Source of the DNA: Fibrobacteria bacterium
GTDB taxonomy: Bacteria > Fibrobacterota > Fibrobacteria > UBA5070
Assembly (NCBI GenBank): GCA_035913415.1
Contig: JAMIIV010000004.1
Location: 57,767-121,766 of the forward strand
DNA length: 64,000 bases
Direction of reading: 5' to 3'
In this document: piece by piece, positions 1-8,920 of the stretch
Position numbering within the stretch: position 1 is the stretch's first letter
Layout: every line of letters starts with the position of its first letter
The notes under the pieces: generated by a model
What the model was told of the DNA's origin: nothing
Database searches by the model: none
The model's input: only the letters and a program-made list of their open reading frames with translations
Program-made: the position numbers and the translations under genes

Positions 1-61
1 TGTTCGCTCCGAACGCGCCGCCTCCGCTGGACGGTGGCCTGAATCGGCGCTGTTGCGCCGA

Positions 62-1189
62 TCAGCGGCGGTCGAACACGATGTCGTCCAGACCCAGGTA
101 GGAGCTTCCGCTGGTGGCGAGGAACTGGAGGGTCCGCACCCGGAAAGCGAACGCGCTCCAGGTCGAGACCGAGGCGGCGTTCTGCGGTTGCGCCATCAGG
201 TCGGACACCTCCACGCAGGTGTCGGCCCACGCCGCGGACGCGGGGACGTACAACGAGAAGCCGGGGGCTCCCGATGTTGTGTCGGGACCCAGCAGTTCGA
301 CCTTCACCCGGCGGTCGGATCGGTACTGGAAACAGAGGTTCCGACGCGCGCGCAGGTCCATGGCGGGGAACGAGACCTGGGCCGCCACGTAGGACGCCGC
401 GGAGTCGGCCCGGAACGAGAAGGACAGAAAATGACCGACGCGTGCGGCTTCGGTGCGGATGGCCGAGCGCACCGAAAGCGAGTCGGTTCCGGAGGGGTCG
501 AGCAGCGTGGCCACCCGCGGGAAGAGATGCCAACGCGAGGTGCCCGGCCAGGCCTGCGCCAACCGCGGGGTTGGTGGCGAACCTTCGAAGTCGTCCACCA
601 CCAGTGGCAGGGGGCCGGAGGGAAGGGACAGGTTCAGGGAAAGGTCCAGCAGCGAGGTGTTGGCCAGCCGGCCCGCGGGCAGGAAGGCCCCGGAAGGTGT
701 GGCGAATCCCAACCGCGTTCCCTCGGGAACGAAGCCTTCGATCGTCCAGTTGCCGGAGTCGTCCACCGCTGAGGCGGTGAAGGACGACTCCGCCAGGGCA
801 CGCGACCCGGGGAACGTCGCGTGGTCCAGCCACCGGGCCTGGAGCGAAAGGGCTGGTTGGAGGGACAGCTCGAGGGTGGTGGCGTCGCTTATCCGACGGA
901 TCAGGGATCCGCGCGTTCCGGACGAATCGCGCAGTTCCACGAACGCCCATGCATTTCCTTCGAGATCGATCCAGCCGTCGGCACGCTGCAGCAGCCTTGT
1001 GGTGTCCGTGGGGCGCTGTGTCGCGGTGTCCCAGCCGTGGGCTCCACGGGCGGTCACGCCCATCACCACCCGACCGGATTCGTCCAGGGGAAGCAGTCCG
1101 TTGCCGGTGGTGGTACTTTTTCCGGCCACCTGGTCGTCGGCGCATCCCAGAAGGAGCAGGGCGGACAGGAAACCGATCAGGCGTTTCAT
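62..1189 (-). CDS. lipoprotein of unknown function (375 aa)
   Basis: Internal Met of the 704-aa ORF 62..2176. N-terminus MKRLIGFLSALLLLGC is a signal peptide with a lipobox. The start forms an ATGA overlap with the stop of the upstream 1186..2010 gene. The upstream part of the long ORF is R/P/G-rich and overlaps that gene out of frame. Confidence 0.6.
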   Translation of the reverse strand: MKRLIGFLSALLLLGCADDQVAGKSTTTGNGLLPLDESGRVVMGVTARGAHGWDTATQRPTDTTRLLQRADGWIDLEGNAWAFVELRDSSGTRGSLIRRISDATTLELSLQPALSLQARWLDHATFPGSRALAESSFTASAVDDSGNWTIEGFVPEGTRLGFATPSGAFLPAGRLANTSLLDLSLNLSLPSGPLPLVVDDFEGSPPTPRLAQAWPGTSRWHLFPRVATLLDPSGTDSLSVRSAIRTEAARVGHFLSFSFRADSAASYVAAQVSFPAMDLRARRNLCFQYRSDRRVKVELLGPDTTSGAPGFSLYVPASAAWADTCVEVSDLMAQPQNAASVSTWSAFAFRVRTLQFLATSGSSYLGLDDIVFDRR

Positions 1190-2010
1190 GGGTCGACCTC
1201 GGGCAGGGCGCTGAGGGGAAACAATTGCAGGTTCAGTTGGTAGATGCGGTCGGACACCGTGCCGTCGTCCACCAGTCGCGCCACGTTCTCCTGGAACTCC
1301 TTCACCAGGATCTTCAGGTCGGAGACCTGCTCGGCGTTGATGTTCATGGTCATGGTGCCGATTTCGCGCACCGAGGGTGGGTCTTCCCGCAGGGACCGGG
1401 CCGCCAGTTCGAGGGTGGCGGCCTGGAAGCCGCGGATGGCGGGATCGGCGTGGTCTTCCCCCGAATGCAGATGGACGTAGGGGATGCGCCATCCTTCGGG
1501 TTCGCGGATCGCCAGCCCCAGGCGCTGCAGCAGATCCAGGGCGGCCGAGGCTTCGTCCGCCGTGATGGCTGGACGCAACGCCGCAGCCAGGGCCGCAGGG
1601 TCGGTTTCGTGGGGCCGCATGTCCAGCAGGTTGCGCAAGGCCACCGCGTGCCAGCTTGCGAAGAACGTGCGCCGAGCGGTCGACAGCTCCACGTAGCCCA
1701 CGCCGCGCAGCTTCACGAGCCGATCGTGGATGGCCTTGGCCTCGGTGTCGTTGCGCGCCTTGTTGAAGGCGACCAGGCATTCGAAATACTCCCGTTCCCC
1801 CTCGTCCATGCCCAGAAGCCTGGCGAAGCGCGGGATCTGGTCGTCGACGATGTGCGCCTTCTTCTGGAACAGGCGCGTCACGTAGCTGGAGTCCATGCCC
1901 ACGCGGTTGCCGATGTACCGGTAGCTGAAGTACGAAGCGATCTTGCGGCGCTCTTCGTAGGCGTCCTTCAGGAATTCCCGGTAGTCGTCGTAGGCTTCGA
2001 TGCTGGGCAC
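1186..2010 (-). CDS. TIGR02147-family protein (Fibrobacter succinogenes paralogous family), HTH-like
   Basis: 274-aa ORF with a GTG start. N-terminus ...YDDYREFLKDAYEERRKIASYFSYRYIGNRVGMDSSYVTRLF resembles, from memory, the TIGR02147 family, with a helix-turn-helix-like segment. Divergent from the glycoside hydrolase at 2180. Confidence 0.6.
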   Translation of the reverse strand: MPSIEAYDDYREFLKDAYEERRKIASYFSYRYIGNRVGMDSSYVTRLFQKKAHIVDDQIPRFARLLGMDEGEREYFECLVAFNKARNDTEAKAIHDRLVKLRGVGYVELSTARRTFFASWHAVALRNLLDMRPHETDPAALAAALRPAITADEASAALDLLQRLGLAIREPEGWRIPYVHLHSGEDHADPAIRGFQAATLELAARSLREDPPSVREIGTMTMNINAEQVSDLKILVKEFQENVARLVDDGTVSDRIYQLNLQLFPLSALPEVDP

Positions 2011-2179
2011 GGATCCTCCACGGATGAGTATCGCAAACTATCGCCGCCGGGGCCAAGTCGGGTTGACTTGGGGGCAAGGGCCGCTGCTTGACGCGACAGC
2101 GGCTCCTGGAAAAACCGCAGGAGCCGTGACAGGCTTCGGTGGTATCCTCATGGTCGGCCATCATCCGAGGAACCACTCC

Positions 2180-3955
2180 ATGCGCTCCACCCTACTTGCC
2201 GCCTCCGTCTGCTCCCTGCCCTTGGCCGCTGATGCCTGGCGCAGCAGCCTGTATCCCGAGAATTGGACCCCCCCGGTCCAGGATTCCTTCTACACCGACA
2301 AGTTCCTGCAGGATTATTCGTATGCCGGATACCGGCTCGGCGACCCGATCCCGGCGCAGGTGCCCGGACCGGTTCTCGACGCTTCGAAGGCCCCGTTCCT
2401 CGCCGATGCTTCCGGCAAGCTGGACGCCACTGCCTCCATCCAGAAAGCCATCGATTCGGCGACCAAGGCCGGGGGAGGGGTGGTGTTCCTGCCCGCAGGA
2501 ACCTATCGCCTTTCGGTCGGCGGGACCGCCACCGCGGCACTCCAGATCGGTTCATCCCGCGTGGTGCTGCGGGGCGCGGGGGCCGGCAAGACCTTCCTGC
2601 TGAACACCACCACCTCGATGCGCAGCAAGGCCGTGATCAAGGTGTCGCCCTCGGTCGGGGGCACCTGGACCTCCATCCCCTCCTCGAAGGTCCTCGTGAC
2701 ACGCGACCTTCCCTCTCCCACGCGCACCATCCCGGTGGCCAGCACCGCCGCGTTCAAGGTCGGCGACTGGGTGATCGTGCGCCAGAAGATGAGCGAAGCC
2801 TGGATCGCCGAACACAAGGAGCCCGATTGGGCCGGCATGGCCTCCAAGTTCACCGGTGTCGTGTATTGCCGACGGATCCTGTCCATCGATGCCGCGGCCG
2901 GTACCCTCGGGATCGACATCCCCCTCCGCTACGCCTTGCTGGTGCGCGACACGGCCATGGTGTATCCCGCCCCCGCCATGATCGAGGAGGTGGGGGTCGA
3001 GCACCTTTCGCTGGGCAACGTCCAGAGTCCGGTGGCCACCGGGTGGGGTGAAGAAGACTACAACGATCCCGCCAACGGTTCGTACGAGGCCCACGATTCG
3101 TGGCTCCTGAACTTTTCCCGCGTCCGCGATGGTTGGATCCGCGGGGTCGAGACCTACCAGCCTGCGGGGAACACGACGACCGCCCACCTGTTGTCCAACG
3201 GAATCCAGCTCTACCAGACACGCGGCGTCTCGATCGATTCCTGCCACTTCCAGCGGCCGCAATACGGCGGCGGCGGAGGCAACGGGTACATGTACAGGGT
3301 CACCGGGAACGAAAACCTCCTGAAGGATTCCAGGGCCACCCACAGCCGCCACGGGTTCGTCCTGTCGCACATGCTCGCCTCGGGCAACGTGTTCCTGCGG
3401 GCCCACGACAAGGACGGAGGCCGGCAGACGGGGTCGACGGGAAGCGAGAGGACCTCCGGCCGCGGCAACGACCACCACATGCACTTCAGCCACAGCAACC
3501 TCTTCGACAACTGCGTGGCCGAGAACAGCAACTTCCAGGCGGCCTACCGTCCCTACGGGTCGGCGCCTTTGCACAACCTGACCGCCGCGCACTCCACCTA
3601 CTGGAACACGGAAGGGATCGGGACCGATCCGTGGGTGATCCACACCCAGCAGTCGCGCTACGGGTACGTGTTCGGCACGCGCGGGGCCGTCACCGAGGTG
3701 AAGATCACCGAGGCATCGGCCGGTTCGGCCGCGAAGACGGATCCTGTCGACATCGTGGAAGGCAAGGGCCTGGGCGCCACCCTGGTTCCGGCCAGTCTCT
3801 ACGAAGACCAGTTGGCCCGGCGCAAGGCGCGTGAGGCGGTGGGTGTGGCACGTGAGCAGGGTAGTCCTATCGCTCCGACGAACGAGGTGCGCTTCACGGG
3901 CAAGAGCATGCAGCTGGGTGAACATCGTGTCGACGGAGCGCGATTGGCGCCCTGA
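2180..3955 (+). CDS. secreted right-handed beta-helix glycoside hydrolase (pectate-lyase superfamily, GH28/GH55-like)
   Basis: Internal Met of ORF 2000..3955. Signal peptide MRSTLLAASVCSLPLAADA. Motif DATASIQKAIDSATKAGGGVVFLPAGTYRL is typical of Pectate_lyase_3 / GH55-like proteins. GAGGA ribosome-binding site 10 nt upstream. Confidence 0.65.
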   Translation: MRSTLLAASVCSLPLAADAWRSSLYPENWTPPVQDSFYTDKFLQDYSYAGYRLGDPIPAQVPGPVLDASKAPFLADASGKLDATASIQKAIDSATKAGGGVVFLPAGTYRLSVGGTATAALQIGSSRVVLRGAGAGKTFLLNTTTSMRSKAVIKVSPSVGGTWTSIPSSKVLVTRDLPSPTRTIPVASTAAFKVGDWVIVRQKMSEAWIAEHKEPDWAGMASKFTGVVYCRRILSIDAAAGTLGIDIPLRYALLVRDTAMVYPAPAMIEEVGVEHLSLGNVQSPVATGWGEEDYNDPANGSYEAHDSWLLNFSRVRDGWIRGVETYQPAGNTTTAHLLSNGIQLYQTRGVSIDSCHFQRPQYGGGGGNGYMYRVTGNENLLKDSRATHSRHGFVLSHMLASGNVFLRAHDKDGGRQTGSTGSERTSGRGNDHHMHFSHSNLFDNCVAENSNFQAAYRPYGSAPLHNLTAAHSTYWNTEGIGTDPWVIHTQQSRYGYVFGTRGAVTEVKITEASAGSAAKTDPVDIVEGKGLGATLVPASLYEDQLARRKAREAVGVAREQGSPIAPTNEVRFTGKSMQLGEHRVDGARLAP

Positions 3956-3999
3956 CGATCTTCATCGATCCCGAGCTCCGACGAAGGTGTGGAGCTGGA

Positions 4000-4701
4000 T
4001 CAGGGATCGAATCGGGCGACGCCTCGACGTCTGGCATGGAACATTCTGGCTTGAGGACTCCGTGGAGTAAGTGGAATCGCGAGAGTCACCCCGGTCCGTT
4101 CGAGGGTCGACTCGGTTCGGATCTCCACTTGGCGTCCGATCGCCAGAGCGATGGCCGGTACAGCAACGCCAACGGTGACCCCGGCTAGCATACCGACCAT
4201 GCCGTTCCCGATGCATCCCATGCCGTCGCATCCTCCGCGAGTGTCATCGGCGACAGCGATCGCGGTATGGAAGCCTGCATAGGCCCCAGCCAGGCCTCCG
4301 AGAAAGGTGCTGGTCGCAAGAATGGGACGTCCATAGACAAGAAGTGGAAACGACGGGATGAAGCCCCACGCGACCGCTCCGAGGAGCGGAGATTCGGCGC
4401 GGGCCGCGAGCTTCACAAGCAGGATCGTTCCGAGTATGTCCAGGGCCATGATCAACTGAAAGTTGGAATCTGGAATGGCCCATACGGACCGGTCCGCTGG
4501 GGAGGGAGCGTCCAGATGAAGACTTGAGACCTGTGTCGAGGCGCTGTCGGAGATGGATCGACGAGGGATGTGCCCCCCCATTGTGTCTAGTGGCGGAGCC
4601 ATCCTGAAAGAATCCAGGTTGGGTGACTCGAGGATGGGTTTGGTCTGCGCGATCGAATCCACAGCGGCCAAGGTGACGGTGAGGAGTGTTGCGAAAATCA
4701 T
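4000..4701 (-). CDS. small secreted/membrane Gly-rich protein with CxGxGCxGNG motif (paralog 1, glycine-zipper-like)
   Basis: 233-aa ORF. Signal peptide MIFATLLTVTLAAVDSIAQT. Gly-rich hydrophobic C-terminal half containing GGCDGMGCIGNGMVGMLAGVTVGVAV. Clear paralog of the 5775..6302 gene. Confidence 0.5.
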   Translation of the reverse strand: MIFATLLTVTLAAVDSIAQTKPILESPNLDSFRMAPPLDTMGGHIPRRSISDSASTQVSSLHLDAPSPADRSVWAIPDSNFQLIMALDILGTILLVKLAARAESPLLGAVAWGFIPSFPLLVYGRPILATSTFLGGLAGAYAGFHTAIAVADDTRGGCDGMGCIGNGMVGMLAGVTVGVAVPAIALAIGRQVEIRTESTLERTGVTLAIPLTPRSPQARMFHARRRGVARFDP

Positions 4702-4733
4702 GAATCCAGCTTATCACAATGGAATCCGACGAG

Positions 4734-4749
4734 GTTGCCAGTTGGCAAC
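4734..4749. promoter_or_regulatory. perfect 16-bp palindrome GTTGCCAGTTGGCAAC between the divergent paralog-1 and sbtA-like genes (candidate operator)
   Basis: Read directly from the sequence: a 7-bp inverted repeat with a 2-nt spacer, centred in the 100-bp divergent intergenic region. Confidence 0.3.
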
Positions 4750-4800
4750 ACCGAATCTCGATCCGGGGCCGCCGACGGCGCGGCAGGTACCTTGCAGGCC

Positions 4801-5766
4801 ATGGATGTCTCCAGCCTGATCACGAACTTCACGAATCCGGTCCTTCTCTTCTTTGCGTTGGGCATCGTGGCTTCCCGGTTGCGGAGCGATCTGGAGATCC
4901 CCGCGCCCATCGCGAAGTTCCTCTCCCTGTATCTCCTGCTGGCCATCGGCTTCAAAGGGGGGCAGGAGTTGCGGACCAGCGAGTGGAACGCCGAAATCGG
5001 ACTCTCCCTGCTGGCGGGCCTATTGTTGGCCGCCGTGATTCCCGTCCACAGCTTCTTCCTGCTCAAGCGGAAATTGTCCATCCAGGATGCGGCGGCCATC
5101 GCGGCCGCCTACGGTTCGGTCAGCGCGGTGACGTTCGTGTCGGCGGTCGGATTCCTCGAAGGTCGATCCATCGACTTTGGAGGCCACATGGTGGCCGTGA
5201 TGGCCTTCATGGAGTTTCCCGCGATCATCGTCGGGGTTCTGCTGTTGCGCCTCTACGAGCCTGCACCCGCGGACGGCCACGGTGGGGGCGGACTCGGGGG
5301 CGTCCTGCGCCACTCTCTCACCAACGGGAGCGTGGTCCTCCTGGTGGGAAGCCTGGTGGTGGGATTCGCCTCCGACAAACAGATGGCCGAAGGCATCAAA
5401 CCCTTCACCAACGACATCTTCAAAGGGTTCCTCGCCCTGTTCCTCTTGGAAATGGGCATGGTCTGCGGGCGCAGCCTGGCCAGCATCTTCCGCAAGGGTA
5501 TCGTCCCCATCGGGTACGCCGTGGTGGCTCCCCTGGTCCACGGAAGTCTGGTCGCCTGGGGAAGCGGGCTGTTCCTCGACCAGGCAGGAAATCGCTTCCT
5601 TCTGGCTGTGCTGGCCGCCAGCGCGTCGTACATCGCCGTGCCTGCCGCCATGAGGCTTGCCGCCCCGAAAGCCGATCCGGGTCTCTACATCCCGATGGCC
5701 CTGGCGATCACCTTCCCGCTGAACCTCGCCGCGGGGTTCCCGCTGTACTACTACCTCGCCCAGTAG
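4801..5766 (+). CDS. SbtA-like permease (DUF897/Sbt_1 family, Na+-dependent bicarbonate-transporter-like)
   Basis: Internal ATG of ORF 4735..5766. 321-aa polytopic membrane protein. N-terminus MDVSSLITNFTNPVLLFFALGIVASRL is typical of the SbtA/DUF897 family, which has two 5-TM repeats. Confidence 0.7.
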   Translation: MDVSSLITNFTNPVLLFFALGIVASRLRSDLEIPAPIAKFLSLYLLLAIGFKGGQELRTSEWNAEIGLSLLAGLLLAAVIPVHSFFLLKRKLSIQDAAAIAAAYGSVSAVTFVSAVGFLEGRSIDFGGHMVAVMAFMEFPAIIVGVLLLRLYEPAPADGHGGGGLGGVLRHSLTNGSVVLLVGSLVVGFASDKQMAEGIKPFTNDIFKGFLALFLLEMGMVCGRSLASIFRKGIVPIGYAVVAPLVHGSLVAWGSGLFLDQAGNRFLLAVLAASASYIAVPAAMRLAAPKADPGLYIPMALAITFPLNLAAGFPLYYYLAQ

Positions 5767-5774
5767 GGGCCAAC

Positions 5775-6302
5775 CTAGGTCCCCCAACAAGACCAAGCGC
5801 GCTGGCGAGCGAGTCTCTGGAGGCCCGAGAGGATCGGGTCGATGGCGAAGTCCAATCGGACATCGGCCCGATCCCCGGCGGCCCTGGCTTTGGCGTCCAC
5901 GTTTTTGCCGATCTGATAACCCAAGACCGGCAGGAGCACCATCACTCCGACGCCTCCTGCCAAGCCCAAGAGCATCTTGGAGCCGTTGCCGGGGCATCCG
6001 AGCCCGCAGGCATCTCCGCCCCCGCCAAGCAGAATCGCGGTTGGCCCGGCGAGCGCGACACCTGCGATGAAGCCCATCAAACCCAGGGTACCGGCTGCAG
6101 AGCCAGTCTGCCCTGATGCTGAGTGGTTCTGGAACGAACTGCGCCATGCGGGGGTGGGGTTGAATACATCCTCCCCGATCCCGTCCAGAATTGGGCGATC
6201 CAGACGTGCTGGGGTTGAGATCGTGGTTTCGTTGGAATCCGTTGCGAGCATGGTCGAATCGGATGCACCCAAGATGAAGGCAAGAAGTGCGGCGAGAATC
6301 AT
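5775..6302 (-). CDS. small secreted/membrane Gly-rich protein with CxGxGCxGNG motif (paralog 2)
   Basis: Internal Met of ORF 5775..6842, 175 aa. Signal peptide MILAALLAFILGASDSTMLA. Motif GGGGDACGLGCPGNGSKMLLGLAGGVGVMV aligns with paralog 1. Convergent with the sbtA-like gene. Confidence 0.5.
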   Translation of the reverse strand: MILAALLAFILGASDSTMLATDSNETTISTPARLDRPILDGIGEDVFNPTPAWRSSFQNHSASGQTGSAAGTLGLMGFIAGVALAGPTAILLGGGGDACGLGCPGNGSKMLLGLAGGVGVMVLLPVLGYQIGKNVDAKARAAGDRADVRLDFAIDPILSGLQRLARQRAWSCWGT

Positions 6303-6585
6303 GTGTTCAGCATACCCATTTTCATCGGGGCTTGGTTGCCAGTTGGCGTGGTCCACCCCGCAGCGCATCGCCAACACCGGCAGGTTTTCGGTTGGCCTGG
6401 AGGGCGCATTTGTCCGGGTCGATCTTCCCGACTCCTCCCGTATTCGCATCGCCACGGCTTCTGGACGGGTTTTGGCCTCACGCGACCTGCCCGCGGACGT
6501 CTCCTCGGTGTCGCTTCCCTTGGGACATCGCGGGATCGTGGTCGTCTCGTCGGGAAGCCGCGCCGCGAGGTTGTTCGTTCCCTGA
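6301..6585 (+). pseudogene. orphan 94-aa ORF resembling a Por/T9SS-type C-terminal sorting domain (possible remnant of a disrupted cargo gene)
   Basis: In-frame tail of ORF 5977..6585. ...IRIATASGRVLASRDLPADVSSVSLPLGHRGIVVVSSGSRAARLFVP resembles the C-terminal tails of the secreted enzymes at 11944 and 36444. It begins exactly at the cassette border. Confidence 0.25.
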
Positions 6586-6681
6586 GTCGGGTGTGATCCC
6601 CGCACGTGCCGCGGGGCGTACGGGTGGTTAGGATTCACGCCACAAGGTTCAGGGGCGCGACATCGAAAAGCGGGGCAAGAC

Positions 6682-7224
6682 ATGGGCCGGAACAGTCCTT
6701 TCCAAGTGCTGATGCTGGTCGTGCTGTCGGGCTCGATCATGGCCGCGGCCGATGATGCTCTGCGCGATGTCCCGCGCGCCGAAGCCCTCGAACAAAGCTC
6801 CCACCTGGTAGCGGCGCACAACACCGGCAAGCGTGGCTCCATGCGGGAGCGCCAGAAGGAGGGGTACTGGTGCTCCTTCAGCTACGAAGAGTGGGTGCTC
6901 GATTCCGTGGTGCGGGGAGCCTCGCCCTGGAAGGTCGGCGCACGGATCCGAGTCTTCCATGCCGGACAGGACCAGGATTGCTGGCGCGCGAACGAATACC
7001 GCACCAGGGGCATCGACATCGGGCTCATGTTGCCCGTCTACGTTTCGGAGACGAAGCTTCCGAATTCCTACGAACCTGGAGCGCGGGGCATCCTGCTGGG
7101 AAGGCTTCGGGGAACGCGGGATTTCGAGCTGGCTGTCGGGGGGAGCATCGAATCCCCCGACCAGGCGGGCCCCCTGGGACGCGAGTGGGACGGTTTGCAC
7201 CAGGATGCGGCGTCAGATCGCTGA
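6682..7224 (+). CDS. secreted hypothetical protein (180 aa)
   Basis: Signal peptide MGRNSPFQVLMLVVLSGSIMAAADDA. Diverse composition with W/Y/K/E, unlike the spurious R/P/G-rich ORFs nearby. Confidence 0.45.
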   Translation: MGRNSPFQVLMLVVLSGSIMAAADDALRDVPRAEALEQSSHLVAAHNTGKRGSMRERQKEGYWCSFSYEEWVLDSVVRGASPWKVGARIRVFHAGQDQDCWRANEYRTRGIDIGLMLPVYVSETKLPNSYEPGARGILLGRLRGTRDFELAVGGSIESPDQAGPLGREWDGLHQDAASDR

Positions 7225-7261
7225 CATCCATTGTGTCGGAAATTGTCTGCAAGGCTCGGGG

Positions 7262-7774
7262 TCAGGGAGCGTCGAGGCCCTCGGGACGGTAGAGCAGGCC
7301 ATCGTCGATCGTCGACAGCAAAGGGCCCTCCTGCGGAGGGATGCTCCAGGAGCGCTCACGTGTTCCGAGCGTGTCGGTGTCTCCGGGTTCGATGGCCTGG
7401 TGGACATCACCTGAAGGAAGGGCGACGGTGGTGGTGATGGACAAGCCTGTGCCTCGGTTGCCGTCGTTGCGTTTCCAACGTGTCAGCACGAAGCTGGAGT
7501 CCCGCCACTGGAATTCGAGGGTACTGGCTGACGTTTCCCAGGTGCCGGCGTTCATGGCGTGGCAGAGTTCCACCTCGATGCGTCCGGTATCGGTCTCGAT
7601 GGAGTTGAACGGCTCGAACTGGAAGGCCGAGAGAGGGGGCGGGATCAGCGACGTGTTGTCGATCACCACAGTCCAGCGGGCGCCGACGGGAGGCCGCAAC
7701 GCGACCATCAGCCGCCAGGGGTTGGGATTCCAGGGAATGCCGCTGGAAGAATCGATGGCGTATCTCGACAGCAA
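7262..7774 (-). CDS. hypothetical protein (170 aa, TTG start as called; alternative internal ATG)
   Basis: The ORF begins 5 nt after the stop of the 7780..8802 gene. Composition is non-repetitive. The start codon is uncertain. Confidence 0.35.
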   Translation of the reverse strand: MLSRYAIDSSSGIPWNPNPWRLMVALRPPVGARWTVVIDNTSLIPPPLSAFQFEPFNSIETDTGRIEVELCHAMNAGTWETSASTLEFQWRDSSFVLTRWKRNDGNRGTGLSITTTVALPSGDVHQAIEPGDTDTLGTRERSWSIPPQEGPLLSTIDDGLLYRPEGLDAP

Positions 7775-7779
7775 CGGCT

Positions 7780-8802
7780 TCAGCCCAGCACGAGTCCGCG
7801 GCCGAAGGCCAGGAAGTCCTTGTCCAGGACGATGGCCTCGACCAGGGGCCCGAACACTTCGTGGTTGTCCTCGAAGAGTTCAGGGTCCAGTTCCTGGTCG
7901 GGTTCGGTCTCGGCGTTGGTGAACAGGTACAGGTCCGACTCCGGGAACGCTTCGAGAGCATCACCGAACAAGGTGTTGGCGGTCGGCAGGTCGCCTTCCT
8001 GGTGGGCCAGCCAGCACTTCCACCACAGGAACAGCTCGATGTCCTCGGCGGGAACACCCTCTTCGCTGGAGATCATGCCCAGAAGTTTGCGGGCTTCGGA
8101 GGTGTGTTTGCCGGCCAACAGCCAGGTCAGGACCGCAAGGTAGGCGGTGCCTTCGTTGGGACCCAGGTTCCACGACTCGAGGGCGGCCTCGGCGGCGGCG
8201 TCGGTCATGCCGGCCGAAGGGGCTTCCAGCAGGAGGGCGCCCAGGAAACGCTGGTAGGGGCGCAGGACAATTTCCGGCGCCTTGGAGAGATCGCTGCCCC
8301 AACGCTCCTGCAGACGGGTCTTGTAGCCGGAGCGGACGGCCAGCAGTTCGAGGACCTGCTGCTCGGTGGCGGGGCCTTCCTCCTCGTTGGTTCGCAGCCG
8401 AGCGGTCCAGGCGTCCACGCACAGGGGGTCGAGCTCGATGGCCTTGGTGGCCAGGCGACGCACCTTCGCCAGGTGGTCCCCCTCGTCGCATTCCTCCCAG
8501 GCCAGGGCCTGGAAGGCGATCTCCTGCGCCTTCTCCAAAGGATCCGTCTCGACGATGTCCAGGGCCAGGTCGTCGACGCCCAGATCTTCGCCGAGCGCCT
8601 GGTGGAGGAACGCGTCGGCTTCGGTCTCGTCGGCGAACGGAACGCCGTCATGGAGCAGCAGCGCCCGTCGCAAGGCGCGTTCGGTCAGGTAGTTGTCTTC
8701 CCGAGGGGTCTTGGGCGCCGGGGGCGGGGCCGCCTTGCGCTTGCGGATGGATTCGGCTCGGGCCTTCTGCTTTGCCTGACGGCGCTTGTTCGGTTTGGAC
8801 AT
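7780..8802 (-). CDS. hypothetical acidic alpha-helical protein with Lys/Arg-rich N-terminus (340 aa)
   Basis: Internal Met of ORF 7780..9030 (MSKPNKRRQAKQKARAESIRKRK...). An alternative start (MDSHLCQP...) lies 8 codons upstream. The rest is acidic and W-rich. Confidence 0.5.
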   Translation of the reverse strand: MSKPNKRRQAKQKARAESIRKRKAAPPPAPKTPREDNYLTERALRRALLLHDGVPFADETEADAFLHQALGEDLGVDDLALDIVETDPLEKAQEIAFQALAWEECDEGDHLAKVRRLATKAIELDPLCVDAWTARLRTNEEEGPATEQQVLELLAVRSGYKTRLQERWGSDLSKAPEIVLRPYQRFLGALLLEAPSAGMTDAAAEAALESWNLGPNEGTAYLAVLTWLLAGKHTSEARKLLGMISSEEGVPAEDIELFLWWKCWLAHQEGDLPTANTLFGDALEAFPESDLYLFTNAETEPDQELDPELFEDNHEVFGPLVEAIVLDKDFLAFGRGLVLG

Positions 8803-8920
8803 AGGCTGGCAAAGGTGCGAATCCATCGGCCGACCGCGGAGATCCGGTTTGGCTGCGGGGCTGGCGCGGGTCAGTGGGTCGGGAGGCCGACGACAGGGCG
8901 ACACAAGCCTTCCAGGGGTC

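Larger units (their letters stand above)
3956..6300. other. lower-GC (~58%) cassette: two paralogous small secreted Gly/Cys-rich proteins flanking an SbtA-like permease (possible horizontally acquired island)
   Basis: Visible drop in GC relative to the flanks. The gene content is atypical for the neighbourhood. An orphan sorting-domain-like ORF abuts the right border. Confidence 0.3.

Noticed and set aside
62-2176. 704-aa ORF as one gene
   Set aside because: Its N-terminal 329 codons are R/P/G-rich and overlap the TIGR02147 gene (1186..2010) in another frame. A clean lipoprotein start (MKRLIGF...LLLGC) with an ATGA overlap lies at 1189.
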